64,000 bases of DNA from Heteronotia binoei (taxonomy: Eukaryota). The stretch spans positions 88,598,001 to 88,662,000 of the forward strand of contig NC_083228.1 in NCBI RefSeq assembly GCF_032191835.1. Reading direction: 5' to 3'. The notes under the pieces were generated by a model. That model worked only from the letters and a program-made list of their open reading frames with translations. It was not told where the DNA came from and ran no database searches. Both the position numbers and the translations under genes were made by a program. Positions 22,103-35,738 of this stretch are shown in pieces. Each line of letters opens with the position of its first letter. Position 1 is the stretch's first letter.

Positions 22103-22745
22103 GTATGGCATGTTTATTCTGCTAGTTTATGATTAGTCCATTTCTGAAATGGGTAACTATAACCATTGTTGCTACAGCAGTTTGTCTAACAGGTCAAATT
22201 TGTAGTAGATGTTTACATGGGGGGAAGAATTTTCTAAGTGTAGATGGTTCAAAAATATTGTATATACTGATACTACACATTAACTTTTAATTAACATTTA
22301 ATATACATTATAATGTACAGCACGTGTATTGTTTTGCAAGTTTCCCATTTTTAAATTTTCCCTGAGGAGAAGGTAAGTTCTAAAAGATATAGAGAAGTGG
22401 GTCAGTCTAGAAGCATTTGTTACTGCCTTCAGCTTGATCATATACATTCCTTTCTAGAGTTAAATTCTATCTATCACAGTTTTGCAAGGTTGCAGAATAA
22501 GTTGCTTGTTTGTGGTGTTGATTGGCCAGTCTCCAGTGATGGCTCCAAGAAACTGTTCCCAGAAGTTCTCAGAGAAGATTAGCAGTGGTTTTTGAAAATT
22601 ATTTTATCAGTAAAGTAATGAGTGCACAGATAAATGAATAACTATTCATATGGCACTTGAAAAAACAAAGGAAAACAGTATGGGATGGAGGTAAGCAAAA
22701 TCAATAGCTGAGCCTGTGTTTTGGTATTATTTAACTATTGAAAAA

Positions 22746-22925
22746 GATCTCTGAAGCTAAGCAGGGCTGGCCCTTGTTAGTACTTGGATGCAGCTGGAGA
22801 CTTGTGGAAGTCTTGGGCTGCTACACAGAGGCAGGCAATGGCCAACCACCTTTGAACATCTTGAAAAGCCTATGACATCTTCATAAATTGGCTGTGACTT
22901 GACAGCAGTTTCTAGCACCACCAAT
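22746..22925 (+). mobile_element. 5S rRNA-derived SINE
   Basis: GAAGCTAAGCAGGGCTGGCCCTTGTTAGTACTTGGATG resembles the 5S rRNA internal control region. Confidence 0.7.
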
Positions 22926-23811
22926 GTGCTATTATACTGTCTTTTTAATGACATCTGTCATATCTCTTGATTTGAAAACTACATTCCATTATACAGCACA
23001 ACAAAATGTACATGGACAGAAACCTAACACATACTGAGTACTTTAGGTTTGGCCGTGGGCAGAAGTGGTAAATATACTCTTATGCTCTTTACTGCTTCTT
23101 TTGTCCACTGATCTTTGGGGACCATGTAGCAAACTGAACATCTTGTCCATCTGGTTTATGCAGGTTTTTTACAGCCCCTCAAACTGTAATTATGCATTGC
23201 ACTGTTCAGTTGTATAATTGCTTAGTTATATAAAATGGAGGAGCGAAAAAATGATGTAAACCACTTTAGGACCTCATTGGGGGGAAGGCAGGGTATAAAT
23301 TTAGTAAATATATAAATAAAGTATAATTTTCTAAGTGGGGAAGGGGAGGAAGAGGCTGTAAAGATAAAGAAACTGTGTCAGTCTAGAAATAGGCAGGGGA
23401 CTAGGACCTGTGATATTATTTGAGATATGCAGGTACAAAGAAAAACTATATCTATGTATATCTGTGTATATTACAGAAGAATGGATACAAAAAATAGCAT
23501 GCTGTGTGCTGTCAGCTTCTTTACACAATGTACAGCAGAGCAAAATACAATATGATCTCAGTACAGAAGACTGTACCATTTCCCAGTGTCTTCCAGCAAC
23601 AAATTCACTTTGAACCTTTAAGCTGAAGTATTGAGCTTTCTAGCAGTTGTGTATCTGTGACACATAAACAACAGAAGTGCTTTCTAACGTTCTGCCAGAT
23701 ACCCATCAGATTTGTGTCTGATCAGTTTGCAAATTACAGGCATGTGTCTGCAGCCAAACCTTTGAGAAGTTTTTGTTTTTGTTACCTTGGTTTGCTTTCT
23801 TTGTGGTGCAG

Positions 23812-24173
23812 ATTGCAGCCGGGCAGCAGAACAGCTAAAGAATAATCCTCGACACAAGACTTATTTGGAAGACGTCTCAATGGAACAGTTACAAAAGTTA
23901 CATAGGTTGCTCAGAGGCCATTTGGGAGGACAAAGTTTGACTCAGAGCCTAGAACAAATTCAAATGAATGAAATAATTGACCCTGAAGAGAATCTAAACA
24001 AACTTGATGACAAGGAGCTTGCCAAAAGGAAACAAATAATGGATGAGCTATTTGAAAAGAACAGGAAAAAGAAGGATGATCCTGATTTTGTCTACAATGT
24101 AGAAGTAGATTTCCCAGAAGATGAGGAACTTGAATCCTGTGGCTGGGATGCAGATTTAGATGATGAATTTTGA
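23812..24173 (+). CDS. CEP19: CEP19 last coding exon
   Basis: GTGCAG acceptor, phase 1; [16 protein letters not shown]...[19 protein letters not shown]...[12 protein letters not shown]; total CDS 492 nt = 163 aa. Confidence 0.97.
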
Positions 24174-25379
24174 CTCATTCCTTGGATTTCTGGAGTCTTA
24201 TTACAGTAGGAAGGAAATGTCTTTGTGTATTGTTGAAAACACGATTGTATTGGAGCAACAGAACTTGTTGAATCTTACCATTCATTTGTACTGTCATCAA
24301 GATAGATCAAAGCTTATGTCTTTCTCTTTACATATTTTACAAGATGACAAAAAAGTCTTCTGAGATTGTCTGTGAAAAAGGTATGACCAGACTCAAATAG
24401 CTACCATTGGTTAGTTCTTCACACTGGCATGTACCCTCTTAGAAATAACAGATCTGCCTCAACAAAACTTTCATGTGCAGCTTAAAAAGCCTGTAACAGT
24501 GCAAATAACGTTGTGTCTTGTTTATTGTTTCACATGTTCCTTCCAGTTTGCTAGGAAACCATAATTTGCCTGTTGAGCCACCTGGCTTTTGGTGTTTCTC
24601 TTTTTCAATTAAACAAGAACATCAGCTACAAAATACTACACTTACATTCTGTTGTTCCACATAAAAATCATACATCCTTTGCTTTTTGGAAAACAATCAG
24701 CATGGTCATGAGAACATTAGTAAATATGTTCTCAGCTGATCTAACCTGGAAATCTCACTTTAAAGCTGTGCTTAATAAGGTAAAACTGTTTTTATTCCAA
24801 AGGTTAAGCAACAACAAAGATGGCAAATATCTAGATGTACCATTCCCCTTGTTCTCTTGGGATCTACAGTTTGGATAAATACAGTTACAGAAAAAAATTG
24901 ACATTCCACTCCTAGTTTCTGAAAAAAACTAATGAACATTCCCTATTGTGTTTCCAAAGTTTTCTTGCAGGCAGAATTTGGAGAGAACTCATTAGAGGCT
25001 AGAGCATGGCTCCTTGCTTTTAAGCTAAGGTGGGGGGCGGGAATTGTTATCTGAAGACAGCCTACTTTCTTTTCTGGGAAAAGACTTTAAAATCTGCGTG
25101 GCTGAAAATTGTGAATGATAAACTATTATTAATTGGTATGACTGCCCAAAATATATTGGCCCCATGGAAACTATGATTCTCTTATCTTGATTAGGAAATG
25201 TGTTTTGGAGACTGACCATCACAGTACCTTAGGGGGAGGCTGTTGTGTTTTTCTTTGTTTTATGGCCATCCCCCCAGTGTACTATCTTTTAATTTCTATT
25301 ATCTCTCAGTTCCATGATTTTGTAGGGCATTCTTGTTTGCCAGGTTGAACATCACTGCTTCCATGGTTTTACAGGGCAG

Positions 25380-25790
25380 ATTTCCAGGATATATTCCGAC
25401 AGAATCTGTCCTTGTGGCCTGAAAATGATCAATATGCCTTTCCACATTTTGCTTGAGTGCCCCAAGTTCGTAACTCTCAGAAATCACTATATTATGCCCT
25501 TATTAAGCAACCACTTATCTTTCTACTCTTTGGAAACTGTTGTCTTCTTATTCAAAGGTAATGTAACCCAAAAATTACTCGGTGTGGCTGAATATGTATT
25601 TGTCCTTTTAACTCTCGGTTCTAAATAGAATATCTAGAAATTGCTGTTCATGATTATGTCTGTGATGTTCTTAGGGTGAAAAGAAAGGGGTTTTTTTAAT
25701 TTAAAAGGGGGAGGGAAGAAAAATATGTTGTACTGTATTGAAAATAATTCTTGTCATGGTCTCAACAGTGCAATGGAATTTTTATGCCTG
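25380..25790 (+). mobile_element. Old LINE 3' fragment (zinc-knuckle remnant)
   Basis: HILLECPKFVTLRNHYIMPLL translation resembles the remnants at 11030 and 47600. Confidence 0.5.
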
Positions 25791-27065
25791 AGAAATAACT
25801 ATTTAGAAGATAAATTATTGTATTTGCTTCTGTTTACTTCCATAATCTCTCTATGATTAAATGATCAGACATGGAGAAACAGCTGATCAGTAAATAATTT
25901 TGAAAAGCTTTAATTCTGTTGCCAAAGTTAAATAATGCCTTTATTTGTCCTGTTTGCTGAATCTGATGTTCCAAAGGCATTCTTATACAGGAATACATTT
26001 GAAATGACAGATACATGAATTACAGCAATAGAAGTCTGCACTGGAATTTCTTTTTTTTGGGGGGAGGGGCAGGATTTTCAACTAAGCTATACAAAACTGA
26101 CAAGGAATTCAAGATGCTTCCCTATTTGCAGATTTTTTTGTGTGCTTTCACCGGAGTGAGAAGTTGAGTCCTGTTTTCTACAAAGGATGGCACTCTCCCT
26201 TTCTTTTGTGATAGAACACATATATTTTAAAAGTGGGGGGAAAGCACATCTATCCTTATGTAGGAAGACTGCATCCCTAGCTGGCTTTCTTTGTGCCCTC
26301 CCCCCATTCTGCTGCAAGTGTATGGAATAAAGCTATTTTGTTTCTGGGGCTTGCCAGTATATCCCCAAAAAGATAACACTCTGTGTTTAAAAGATCTACA
26401 TTTCAGCTTGTGATAGATGTGATATTGGTTCCAGTTCCTTCAATATAAATACATCTAGTTTAAAGGATTTCAGTGGAAAAAAATTTGAAGAAAGTGTTTA
26501 GGATAGCATCATCGAATGTGCTACTTTTTAGAAACAGCATTTAATAAGTATTGTAGGGGACTGTGTCCAATTCAGCTGGAGCCATGTTGTGAAGAACTGA
26601 AAATATTTGGTTTCATTATCATTTGCTTCTAGAAAGGTAATTGGAGACTCAGAAATATTGTTAAATGATATCACAAGAATATTTTAATCTATTCAGAAGC
26701 ATTTATTAATAGATGGATTTGCACGGCATTCTGTCTCTGCTAATGGAAGTTGTTCCAAACAGCAGCTCCCTGCACTGGTGGAATGAAAGAGTTGTGTTCA
26801 TTCCTTACTACCAATACAGTTCTGCATTTTCTCTCTACATTTGCACTGTGTTCCACACACTCACTAGTACCTGCTGTCTGCTCCCTGGGATTTTCTGTCA
26901 GTCCCTCTTTGTTATTTTTCTGCAAAAGTGCCAGGCCCTACACTTGTAGAGATTCATCAATGCTGTACAACCATTCAATTTTTTATCAAATCCCACCACC
27001 ATCTCAGTTTGGTGAGAGTTTCATCCACCACCTCAAAGGATGTATGTAGACCCAGGTTTACAGAG

Positions 27066-27280
27066 ACATATGAACATATGAAGCTGCCTTATACTGAATC
27101 GGACCCTTGGTCCATCAACGTTAGTATTGTCTTCTCAGACTGGCAGCGGCTCTCCAGGGTCTCAACCTGAGGTTTTTCACACCTATTTTGCCTGGACCCT
27201 TTTTTGGAGATGCCAGGGATTGAACCTGGGACCTTCTGCTTCCCAAGCAGATGCTCTGCCACTGAGCCACCATCCCTCCC
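27066..27280 (-). mobile_element. tRNA-derived SINE (Squam2-like)
   Basis: Reverse complement of the 4547-4758 element. Confidence 0.85.
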
Positions 27281-27711
27281 CAATGTAGATACATATTCTA
27301 TACATATTTATGTCAATGTAGATACATATTCAGATTTCAATTATTGTTTCTGCAAAAAGCCAAATACTAAAACAACTGTATCCTTTTGTTTCTATATATG
27401 GCAATGTTGTATTGTTTGTTAATCTGTTTCTTGTACATTTTTGTACCCAGCAGACTTTTTGTATCATAATCATTAAAACTTGTCAGGCATGAAACATATT
27501 GGAAACAAGTTAAATTATTGTACTTGGACACTGTACAGTCTATAATGGTCTAAAATATTAAAAGTCATGAGATTAATTGTGATTAGTTAATTTTATTTAA
27601 ATGACACAACATGTGATTAACCTGTAAAAGAAAAGGACTTTTAAAGACCACTCACATTCTTACTGTATTGTTTACCACACTATCAAAATAAACATAAAGT
27701 GCCCTGACCTT

Positions 27712-27897
27712 GATAGCCCAGGTAAGTTGGATCTCATCAGATTTTGGAAGCTAAGCAGGGCTGACTCTGGCAAGTACTTGGATGGGAGATCACCAAGGAT
27801 TACCAGGGCTGGGACACAGAGGCAGGCAATAGAGCAACCTCTCTGAAAGTCCAAGCCCCAGTAGGGGTTTCCAGAAGTCAACCATTACTTCCAGGCA
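27712..27897 (+). mobile_element. 5S rRNA-derived SINE
   Basis: GATCTCATCAGATTTTGGAAGCTAAGCAGGG...AGTACTTGGATGGGAGA closely follows the 5S rRNA sequence. Confidence 0.75.
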
Positions 27898-30377
27898 CAC
27901 AATCACGTGAGGGACCTCTGCCTGAAACCTTGGAGAGCCAAGAGCCACTGTCAGGACAGACAATCCTCCTGAGTCCTGACCTTTATGGACTAATTGTCTG
28001 ATTCAATATATAAGGCAGCTTCATGTGTTCATTGTGACTGCCATCCCCATCAACACCACTGGAGGGCTTTTTCAGGTGTCCAAAATCATATCAAATCAAT
28101 TTGGGGAAAATGCTTCAAAGCAGGGGAAGCTCAGAAGTGGATGATTAGAGAACCGTATCATGTGGCTAGCTACTAAAACAAAAATCCACTCCAGATTGAA
28201 TGCCAAATTGGGACAAAACCTGAATGCCAAAGCAACGTGAAAGAAGCATTTCCAATTGGTAAAAGAGGACACTTTTAAGAGATTGTTAAATCATCGCCAC
28301 TGGAAGGCTTTTTTGAAAATGTAGCCTGAACAAACCTGTTAGAAGTATTTTAGGATAAATTAAGCCTGTCTTTCTGCAGGGAGTGGGATAGATGGTGTGT
28401 GTACCAATTTTGTCATCATTTATTTCTGTATTTTAAATACTTGATTTTTGTTTTGTTTTAAAAACAAAAAGTCTCCTTCAGCACTCAGAACAAGTCTTTG
28501 CATTGCCCCTTCCCCTTTGGCAGCACTCTCTCAAATATTCTAGAAATGCACCACATAAAACAGTAAAAATTCTGAGGTGGAGAGAGCACTAAAATGAAGC
28601 AGAACAAAAAAGCCACTGAGAAAGAGTGCAAAGAACCTTTGAGGTAAACACTGTTGGGAGGCATTTCTATGAGGTTAGCCAGATACAAAGGTCTGAGTGT
28701 ATGTGGGTGCAGAGCACGCCTGAGCAAAGCAAAGTTTTGCCCAAAAGACAGGCCATTGAAGAGTGGACCTCAGTTCCCTTCCCCGCCCACACACTTGGCA
28801 CTGTGGTAAGAAGTTTCCATTTCCATTTCTATCACAAACTGCGGCTGGGCAGGAAGTATCTATGCATACACACTCCATTCAATCAGAATGATGGTGACTG
28901 TTGGGTGCATTGTCATCTTTCCTAGTAGGCTTGTGACCACAAAAATCTTGTATGTTTATTTAAAGATATGTCTCTGTGTCAATGCTGATAGAAGCAGAAC
29001 CTGTCAAACTTTGCATTTCTGTTAATTTCAGTAAGGCTTGCTTCAGTTTCTGGCATTCATAGCAGAGGAGCTATTGCACAGTGTTGGAAAGCCGCCCTGA
29101 GCCGCCTCGGTAAGGAGGGCGGGATATAAATCGAATAAAATGAAATGAAAATGAAATAAAATAGGTAGCAGCTTCCCATTAAATGACAAGTATCATTTGA
29201 CATGGGCTACCCCCTCACTCACCACTAGATGCTAATTATGTAGTCTGTACAGCCCTCACTATCGTCACCTGGATGTACCTTCTACTCTACTGCACCGCCA
29301 CTTGATATTACAGTCCCCAAGTGCACATGGGAGCTCATAAAAGCCAAGGGCTGTAAGGCACCCAAAGGACAAGTGGTCGATACCTTTGCCAAAAACCTGT
29401 CCCCACTAGTCATTTTGGAGATCTATCTTTGAATCAGACCACAATGAGCCATAACTAGAGAACATGCGTATGTCAGAAAGCACATGATTTCAGATGGTTA
29501 CATGGCTGCTTTCCTAGGGCTTCTTTCACAACTTGCACTGTGACTAATGTGGTTCTCTCAATTAGTGTGCTCAGATCAGATAAAATACAAAGTTCATTCC
29601 TATTCCTCCCCAAACCCCTACTAATTTTTCTGCTGGGTAGTACCAGATGCCCATACTCATAACCACATCCTGAACAGAAGCCGCCTTTCCCCGAACAAAA
29701 GGAGAACCAGTTATCTTTGCTGCTCCTACATAGGGTAGAAGAAACTAGCATATTTGCCTAATAAGGAAGAGGAGGCACAGTCATTTTTGGCTTCTCTCAA
29801 GAACATTAGAAGAAACCATTAAGCATATATGAAAAATAGGGCATCTTGCACTCTCCCAACCAGTTTGAGGACAGCAATAATCAGGAAAGATCTTAGCAGT
29901 ACCTGTTAGAGTTAATGATTTACTAAGGCTGTACTTTTTTAAAAGGCAATTTCCAGGCATTATATACTATTATTTTTTATGCATCATATACTATTCAGGT
30001 TGCTGACAAAAACAGATCATCTGCTGGTATACAAAACTGCAGAAGAGGGTTAAGAACAGATCAGAACTGGAAAGAACAACTCTAATTGGGAATCAGGCTC
30101 TTCAAGCCATAGAATAGTGTAAGAGGTTTTAAAGCAGTTCTTTGTAGGAATTTGGCAACCCTAGCAGAATCTAGATAGGTGCTGGTGGTGGCTCGCTCTA
30201 TGTGGAATTAATTTCTCAAGGAAGTACACCAGGCTCACTGTCACATGATGCTGAAAACCTAGGTTGATCTTGGTGATGCTGAAGGTATGGACTGGTCTTA
30301 ATTTTGTTTACATCCCTGCTTTTTAAAAAAATGTGTCTGGGGGTTATTGTGTATTTTAAATATTGGTGAGCCACTTT

Positions 30378-30577
30378 GGCCATAACTTGGATGGTCCAGG
30401 CTTAGAAGATAAACAGGATTGCCTCTGGTTAATACTTAGATGAGAGACCACCAAGGAAGTCCAAGGTTGCTACACAGAGGCAGGGCAATGGCAAACCACC
30501 TCTGGATGTCTCTTGCCTTGATAACGCCAAGGGGTTGCCATAAGGTGGCTGCAACTTGATGGCACTTTCCTCCACCA
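30378..30577 (+). mobile_element. 5S rRNA-derived SINE
   Basis: TGGTTAATACTTAGATGAGAGACCACCAAGG 5S-like segment followed by the shared GGCAATGGCAAACC body. Confidence 0.7.
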
Positions 30578-31796
30578 CTAAGATACCTGGAGAGTTCTTT
30601 CTTTTTAACTGTAAGGCAGAATATCACTTTTAAGAAAAAAAATAAGGCATGCACAAAATGCAGATCCTTTGAGCTTTGACTTTAAGCCCAGTTACTGCAA
30701 CCACACAATAACATAAGATGATACTTTTATGTCCCTGAGAATCTGTTCACTGTTTACCTTGCATGCAAATGGAATAAGACTAGGGTTGCCAGCTCCAAGT
30801 TGGGAAATACCTGGTGACTTTGGGGGTAGAAACTGAGGAGAGCAGGCTTTGGAGAGGGGGTATCATAATCATCATATTTATATCCACCCTCCCCTGCAAG
30901 TGGACTCAGGGTGTGTCACAATAATCAATGGTCAATAAGACAGGTAAAAATGTAAATAAAAATAATTAAAGCCTAAAAATTAGTTGATTGACCAAGGTGG
31001 TGAGGTAGAAACCAACAGAGTCAACAAGTCCCATGGGTGTACTAAAGCACTTTTGCATTGTGTGTAGTTAGCTAGATTGGCTTAGTTAATTATTCCATGA
31101 GTTATTGTTTGGTTGTTATAACCAGCAGGAGGTTGGTTGCAGTGGCATGTGCCAATTACAAGCACTTTGAGGATTGCCAAACTGTGTGTAAGCTTGCACT
31201 GGCAACGACAGTCTTTTATTGCATGCCTCAACATTGTTCTGGAAGAGAGCATCTATTTAGGCTGGACTAATTCACAAAGCACATAAGACTTATGAAACAT
31301 GAGCACCACAAAGGGTCTTGCTCTCTTTCACTTGTACTGCATAGTGGTTATTGCAAACCGGAATCTGGGCTGGCCCATCTTTCAGAATTGAAATTACCTA
31401 CCCACACACACACACACTTCCACAGAGTGCATATGCATTGCAGAAAATGGGCTGTGGTTTCTTCAGAATATGGTTTCCTGCATAAACCTCTACCACAGGT
31501 AGGCCTCAGGCAGTAAGGGTGCTTGTAGCAGGCTGGCTGCTTGCAGGATAATGACAGCTTTGACACAACCACAGCTCAGCTTCTGTAGCAACTACCTGTA
31601 TGAGAAATTTACTACTGGTTTGAAACACTAAGAACCATGGAGAAAACTCTAATGTGGACATTACTATTAAGGACAACCTGGTCTTTTGGTTTGCTGCATA
31701 AACCTCTTTGCAAATTGTTTTTTACTTCACTGCTAGTATGTACCAGTGGCAAATTTGTATGAAGTGTTATCAGATGGGACCCTCCTGTTTGATCTA

Positions 31797-31802
31797 GAAG
31801 AA

Positions 31803-31856
<54 letters not shown>

Positions 31857-32122
31857 ATTGGATTTATATCCCGCCCTCCACTCCAAAGAGTCTCAGAGCG
31901 GCTCACAATCTCCTTTACCTTCCTCCCCCACAATAGACACCCTGTGAGGTGGGTGGGGCTGGAGAGGGCTCTCCCAGCAGCTGCCCTTTCAAGGACAACC
32001 TCTGCCAGAGCTATGGCTGACCCAAGGCCATGCCAGCAGGTGCAAGTGGAGGAGTGGGGAATCAAACCCGGTTCTCCCAGATAAGAGTCCACACACTTCA
32101 CCACTACATCAAACTGGCTCTC
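31797..32122 (-). mobile_element. Squam3-like SINE with expanded (ATC)n tail
   Basis: Reverse complement of the 11814-12099 element; the (GAT)n tract at ~31803-31857 is its tail. Confidence 0.88.
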
Positions 32123-32380
32123 CAAAATAATCTTTCATTATCTGTTGACTTATGAACTGCAAAATAATCAAATGCAGAGTTGTGTTGACCCCTCCCCTTT
32201 GATAGACCATATGATCTAAAGGATTTCTGAGGCACTTCACACCCCTGAGGCACTTCTAAACTGAGTTTCCCATGCAGAATTCACTGCTTGCATCTTGCTG
32301 CATGTTCCTGTGGCAATCAAATAGTAGATGTAATGTTTTGCTGTTGGACTGTGCCTTTTGTATTTCATTACCTGTTGACT

Positions 32381-32607
32381 TATGAACATATATGAACATA
32401 TGAAGCTGCCTTATACTGAATCAGACCCTCGGTCCATCAAAGTCAGCATTGTCAATGTCTACTCAGACTGGCAGCGGCTCTCCAGGGTCTCAAGCTGAGG
32501 TTTTTCACACCTATTTGCCTGGACCCTTTTTTGGAGATGCCGGGGATTGAACCTGGGACCTTCTGCTTCCCAAGCAGATGCTCTGCCACTGAGCCACCGT
32601 CCCTCCC
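32381..32607 (-). mobile_element. tRNA-derived SINE (Squam2-like)
   Basis: Reverse complement of the 4547-4758 element. Confidence 0.85.
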
Positions 32608-33770
32608 TTCAGTGTTTATCATTTTTATATGTACCATGTAATGATCCACACCCCTCCCTAACTGAGACAGGGTGGGGTCATTCTTCAGTGTCTCAAAAGA
32701 TTTACACAGAAGGTACTGGAGTGGGCAAAACCCCCCACCCCAGCCTGACAAGGTAGGACTGCCACCAACTTGTCTCTCCCTTTATTGGAAGTCCACTTTA
32801 TAATAGATATGGTAGCGTGTCTTTTAGAGGTATTAGGCCTACTAATCTATTGTGGCAACCAAGAGGAAACTGAGGTTGTACTTCATCCACCTGATGACAG
32901 TTTATGCCACAACCAATTAGACCAGATGAGGAAAATTACATGTGGCCATTAGTACAAGTAAGCTTTGACAACAGGGCATGCAGCAGCTCCTCAGGGCCCT
33001 TGGAAGTTGGGAAAATGGTGCATCAGAGTCAGCAGGTAAAGCTTAAACCCTCTCTATATTCCATGGTTTTAATCCAAAAAAGGCCTCTGAACACCTTGAA
33101 TTATGTTTGAAGCATGGAACTCCCAGAGCACAACTGTCAACAGGAGACTAGGGTGGACATGCTGAGGACACAAGTGCTCTGTAATTTATATATTGGACAT
33201 GGTTTCCATTCTTGATTTTATTGCAATATATATGGCAACCTGTATTTCTTCTCTTTTTCCTCCTCCAGCAGTGTTGACCTACAAAAGCCTTGAGTGCTTA
33301 GATAGCTTTAGAACACAAATAATGAAAAATGCATAGACTCAGGAATGCAAAAAAAACAGAAGCCCCACAGTACGCCCTCCAACATTATTCCTCCTCCATT
33401 ACTATTTCAACAAGGCCAGAAATGGAAACACCATCTCTTTTAGAATAAAAATGCCTAAGAGGCCACATCTCCTTGAGAGTTGCATTTATTCATGCATCCT
33501 TCAGCATGTTTAATTCTCACCATAAGATTCTTGCTATGGTCTTTCATATTTGTAAAGGCTTTCCTATTACAAAATACTGTATAATAATCACTTTATGCAC
33601 AAGACTACAGGCATATTGTTCCATCTCGGCCAACAGCAAGGAAATTATACTAGTAAGGCAGTTTCTTTTTTAAAAAATCCCACATATGGTGGTTAGAATC
33701 ACAATGGAAGAGTATGAGCTATACCCACTCCTGAGGTTCAGTGGCTTTCTTTTCCCCCTCACCTTTCACA

Positions 33771-35738
33771 TCAATATGGGCTGGATGTTCTATACCTGAT
33801 CTTCACCATTTGCAGAATCCGTTGCCTGAAAGTCAAAAACATGATAGCAAAGGCAACCAGGAAAGCTAAGCAAGTGGGAAGAGCCAGCACCAGATAAAGC
33901 AGCACCATATCTGCTGTGAGCCACCTGCAACTCTGCTGAATCGATTCTGGTAGATTTGCTGCACTGATTAACCTGGAGGAGTAATTACAAGTGACTTGGC
34001 TCATGTCCACAATGTGTACAGCGCGGAGGCTGTGAAGGGCATCCCACCACTCCAGACTGCAGCAGTCATAGGGATTCTGGCTGAGGTAGATCGCACGCAA
34101 ACTCTTCCCAAGCTGATTTTGCACAACATGTTGAGGTAGAGAGTGCAGGCAATTTCTCCTGAGATCAAGCATGCTCAGTCTCAAGCCTATTAAAGACTCA
34201 GGGAAGCTGGCCAGAAAATTTTCAGAAAGGTCCAAGTGTTTGAGCTTCTGAAAGGCAGCAAAGTCCACATTTCTGCTTGCAGTAGACAGGCCAGTGTTTC
34301 TGAGAGAGAGCACCTGCAGGGATGGTGCAACATTTTGCAGAGATACCAGACCACCCAGCAGTGCGCTTGGATTATCAGAAAGATCTAACTGTACTAAGGA
34401 GGTACCCCTAAAGACATGGCTGCCCAACACTTTGAGGCTACAACCAGACAAGTAGAGATTCCTCAAGGAGCCAGCATTTCGGATATCTATGCAGCTGGGA
34501 CTTGTACCACCAATGATGCTTTCATGTAGGTCACAAATCTCTACTGGGTTGTGACTGAGGTCAACTGTAGTGATCTTTGCTATTTGGTTAAAAATGTTAG
34601 ATGGCAAGCCATGCAGTCTGTTGCTGCTTAGATTAAACAATCTAAGGTTAGGTAAAGTCACTCCAGGATCCAAAGTCATCTGTAGACCCAAGAGCTGATT
34701 GTAGCTGAGATCCAAATGGACAAGGGAGTTTAGCAATTCAGTTTCATGAATGTACAATGCGTCTAAGCAGTTATGACTGAGTTTCAGGTGTGTTAGGGAA
34801 ACCATCCCTTCAAAAAATCTTTCAGGCAGGTACTGAAGCCGATTCCAGCTCATGTCCAGAAACCTCAGGAAAGAAAGGGCACGATGGCTGATCTCCTCCC
34901 AAAGGTTGATGGTGGTGACATTAGTGACATTGCCATACAGTGGCTGCAGATGCAGTGTACTCTCTGAATCATTGAAAAGTTTGCCATAGAAGCTCATCTG
35001 ATTGTGTGTGAGCAGCAGAGTTTGCAATTTATTCAGCTGGGGCAACAGTGGGAAGAACAGGAGCCGGTTGTAGGAAAGATCTAGTGTTTCTAGTTCAAAG
35101 GTGGCATCATATTCTGCAGCCAGGAACCATTCGATGCGGTTGTTGCTGACATTGAGCACGTGGAGTTGGACCAGGTCAAAATCGACAATGCAAGGCATGT
35201 AGTTGTAGGCCAGATTAAGATACTGCAGCCTGTGTAAACTTTCAAAAGTGCCAATCTCAATCTCAAAGATGTAGTTCTGCTGCAAATCCAGGTCCTGCAG
35301 GTGGAGCAAGTTTTTGAAGTGAGTGTCATCCAGCCTCATAATAGCATTCCTGGCCAAAGACAAGAACTCTAAGGAGGACAACTGATGGATCAGTGTGGCC
35401 ACCATCTCCTCAGTGAGTTGGTTTCCTGATAGGTCCAGATTCCTCAGGGCAGGCAAAGACCATAGAGCAGCTGCTGTCATGGAATAGTTTATGAAGAGAG
35501 CATTGTTGGCCAGGAAGAGAAAACTAAGACTCCTGCTGGAAAGGAAGGCCCCAGGTTCAATGAGCTCCAACCCATTTTTGCATAGTCTGAGGCTCTGCAG
35601 GAACTGATACTGCCCCAAAGAAGCATTCCTTAGTGTCTGTATAACATTGGCATCCAGAAGAAGTTCCTCTGTTTCAACAGGCAAGTCTACTGGGACAGAG
35701 TCCAGCCACCTCCCATTGCAATCAGCACTTCTCTTTTC
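33771..35738 (-). CDS. NRROS: NRROS (LRRC33) large last coding exon: LRR ectodomain, TM helix, short tail
   Basis: TTTTTTTTGCTGCAG acceptor, phase 0; many LxxLxLxxN repeats, LRRCT NPYDCC, TM segment VLLYLVLALPTCLAFLVAFAIMFLTF; position between FBXO45 and CEP19 as in human. Confidence 0.95.
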   Translation of the reverse strand, partial: EKRSADCNGRWLDSVPVDLPVETEELLLDANVIQTLRNASLGQYQFLQSLRLCKNGLELIEPGAFLSSRSLSFLFLANNALFINYSMTAAALWSLPALRNLDLSGNQLTEEMVATLIHQLSSLEFLSLARNAIMRLDDTHFKNLLHLQDLDLQQNYIFEIEIGTFESLHRLQYLNLAYNYMPCIVDFDLVQLHVLNVSNNRIEWFLAAEYDATFELETLDLSYNRLLFFPLLPQLNKLQTLLLTHNQMSFYGKLFNDSESTLHLQPLYGNVTNVTTINLWEEISHRALSFLRFLDMSWNRLQYLPERFFEGMVSLTHLKLSHNCLDALYIHETELLNSLVHLDLSYNQLLGLQMTLDPGVTLPNLRLFNLSSNRLHGLPSNIFNQIAKITTVDLSHNPVEICDLHESIIGGTSPSCIDIRNAGSLRNLYLSGCSLKVLGSHVFRGTSLVQLDLSDNPSALLGGLVSLQNVAPSLQVLSLRNTGLSTASRNVDFAAFQKLKHLDLSENFLASFPESLIGLRLSMLDLRRNCLHSLPQHVVQNQLGKSLRAIYLSQNPYDCCSLEWWDALHSLRAVHIVDMSQVTCNYSSRLISAANLPESIQQSCRWLTADMVLLYLVLALPTCLAFLVAFAIMFLTFRQRILQMVKIRYRTSSPY

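Noticed and set aside
27737-27790. 5S rRNA gene
   Set aside because: Diverged, lacks the 5S 3' end and continues into a SINE body.
29473-29751. 92-aa minus-strand ORF with a Cys/Gly-rich stretch
   Set aside because: Near-cognate start, no family match I recognise and no convincing splice context.
31746-32084. 112-aa ORF with a poly-Asp tract
   Set aside because: The tract is the (ATC)n tail of a SINE read antisense.
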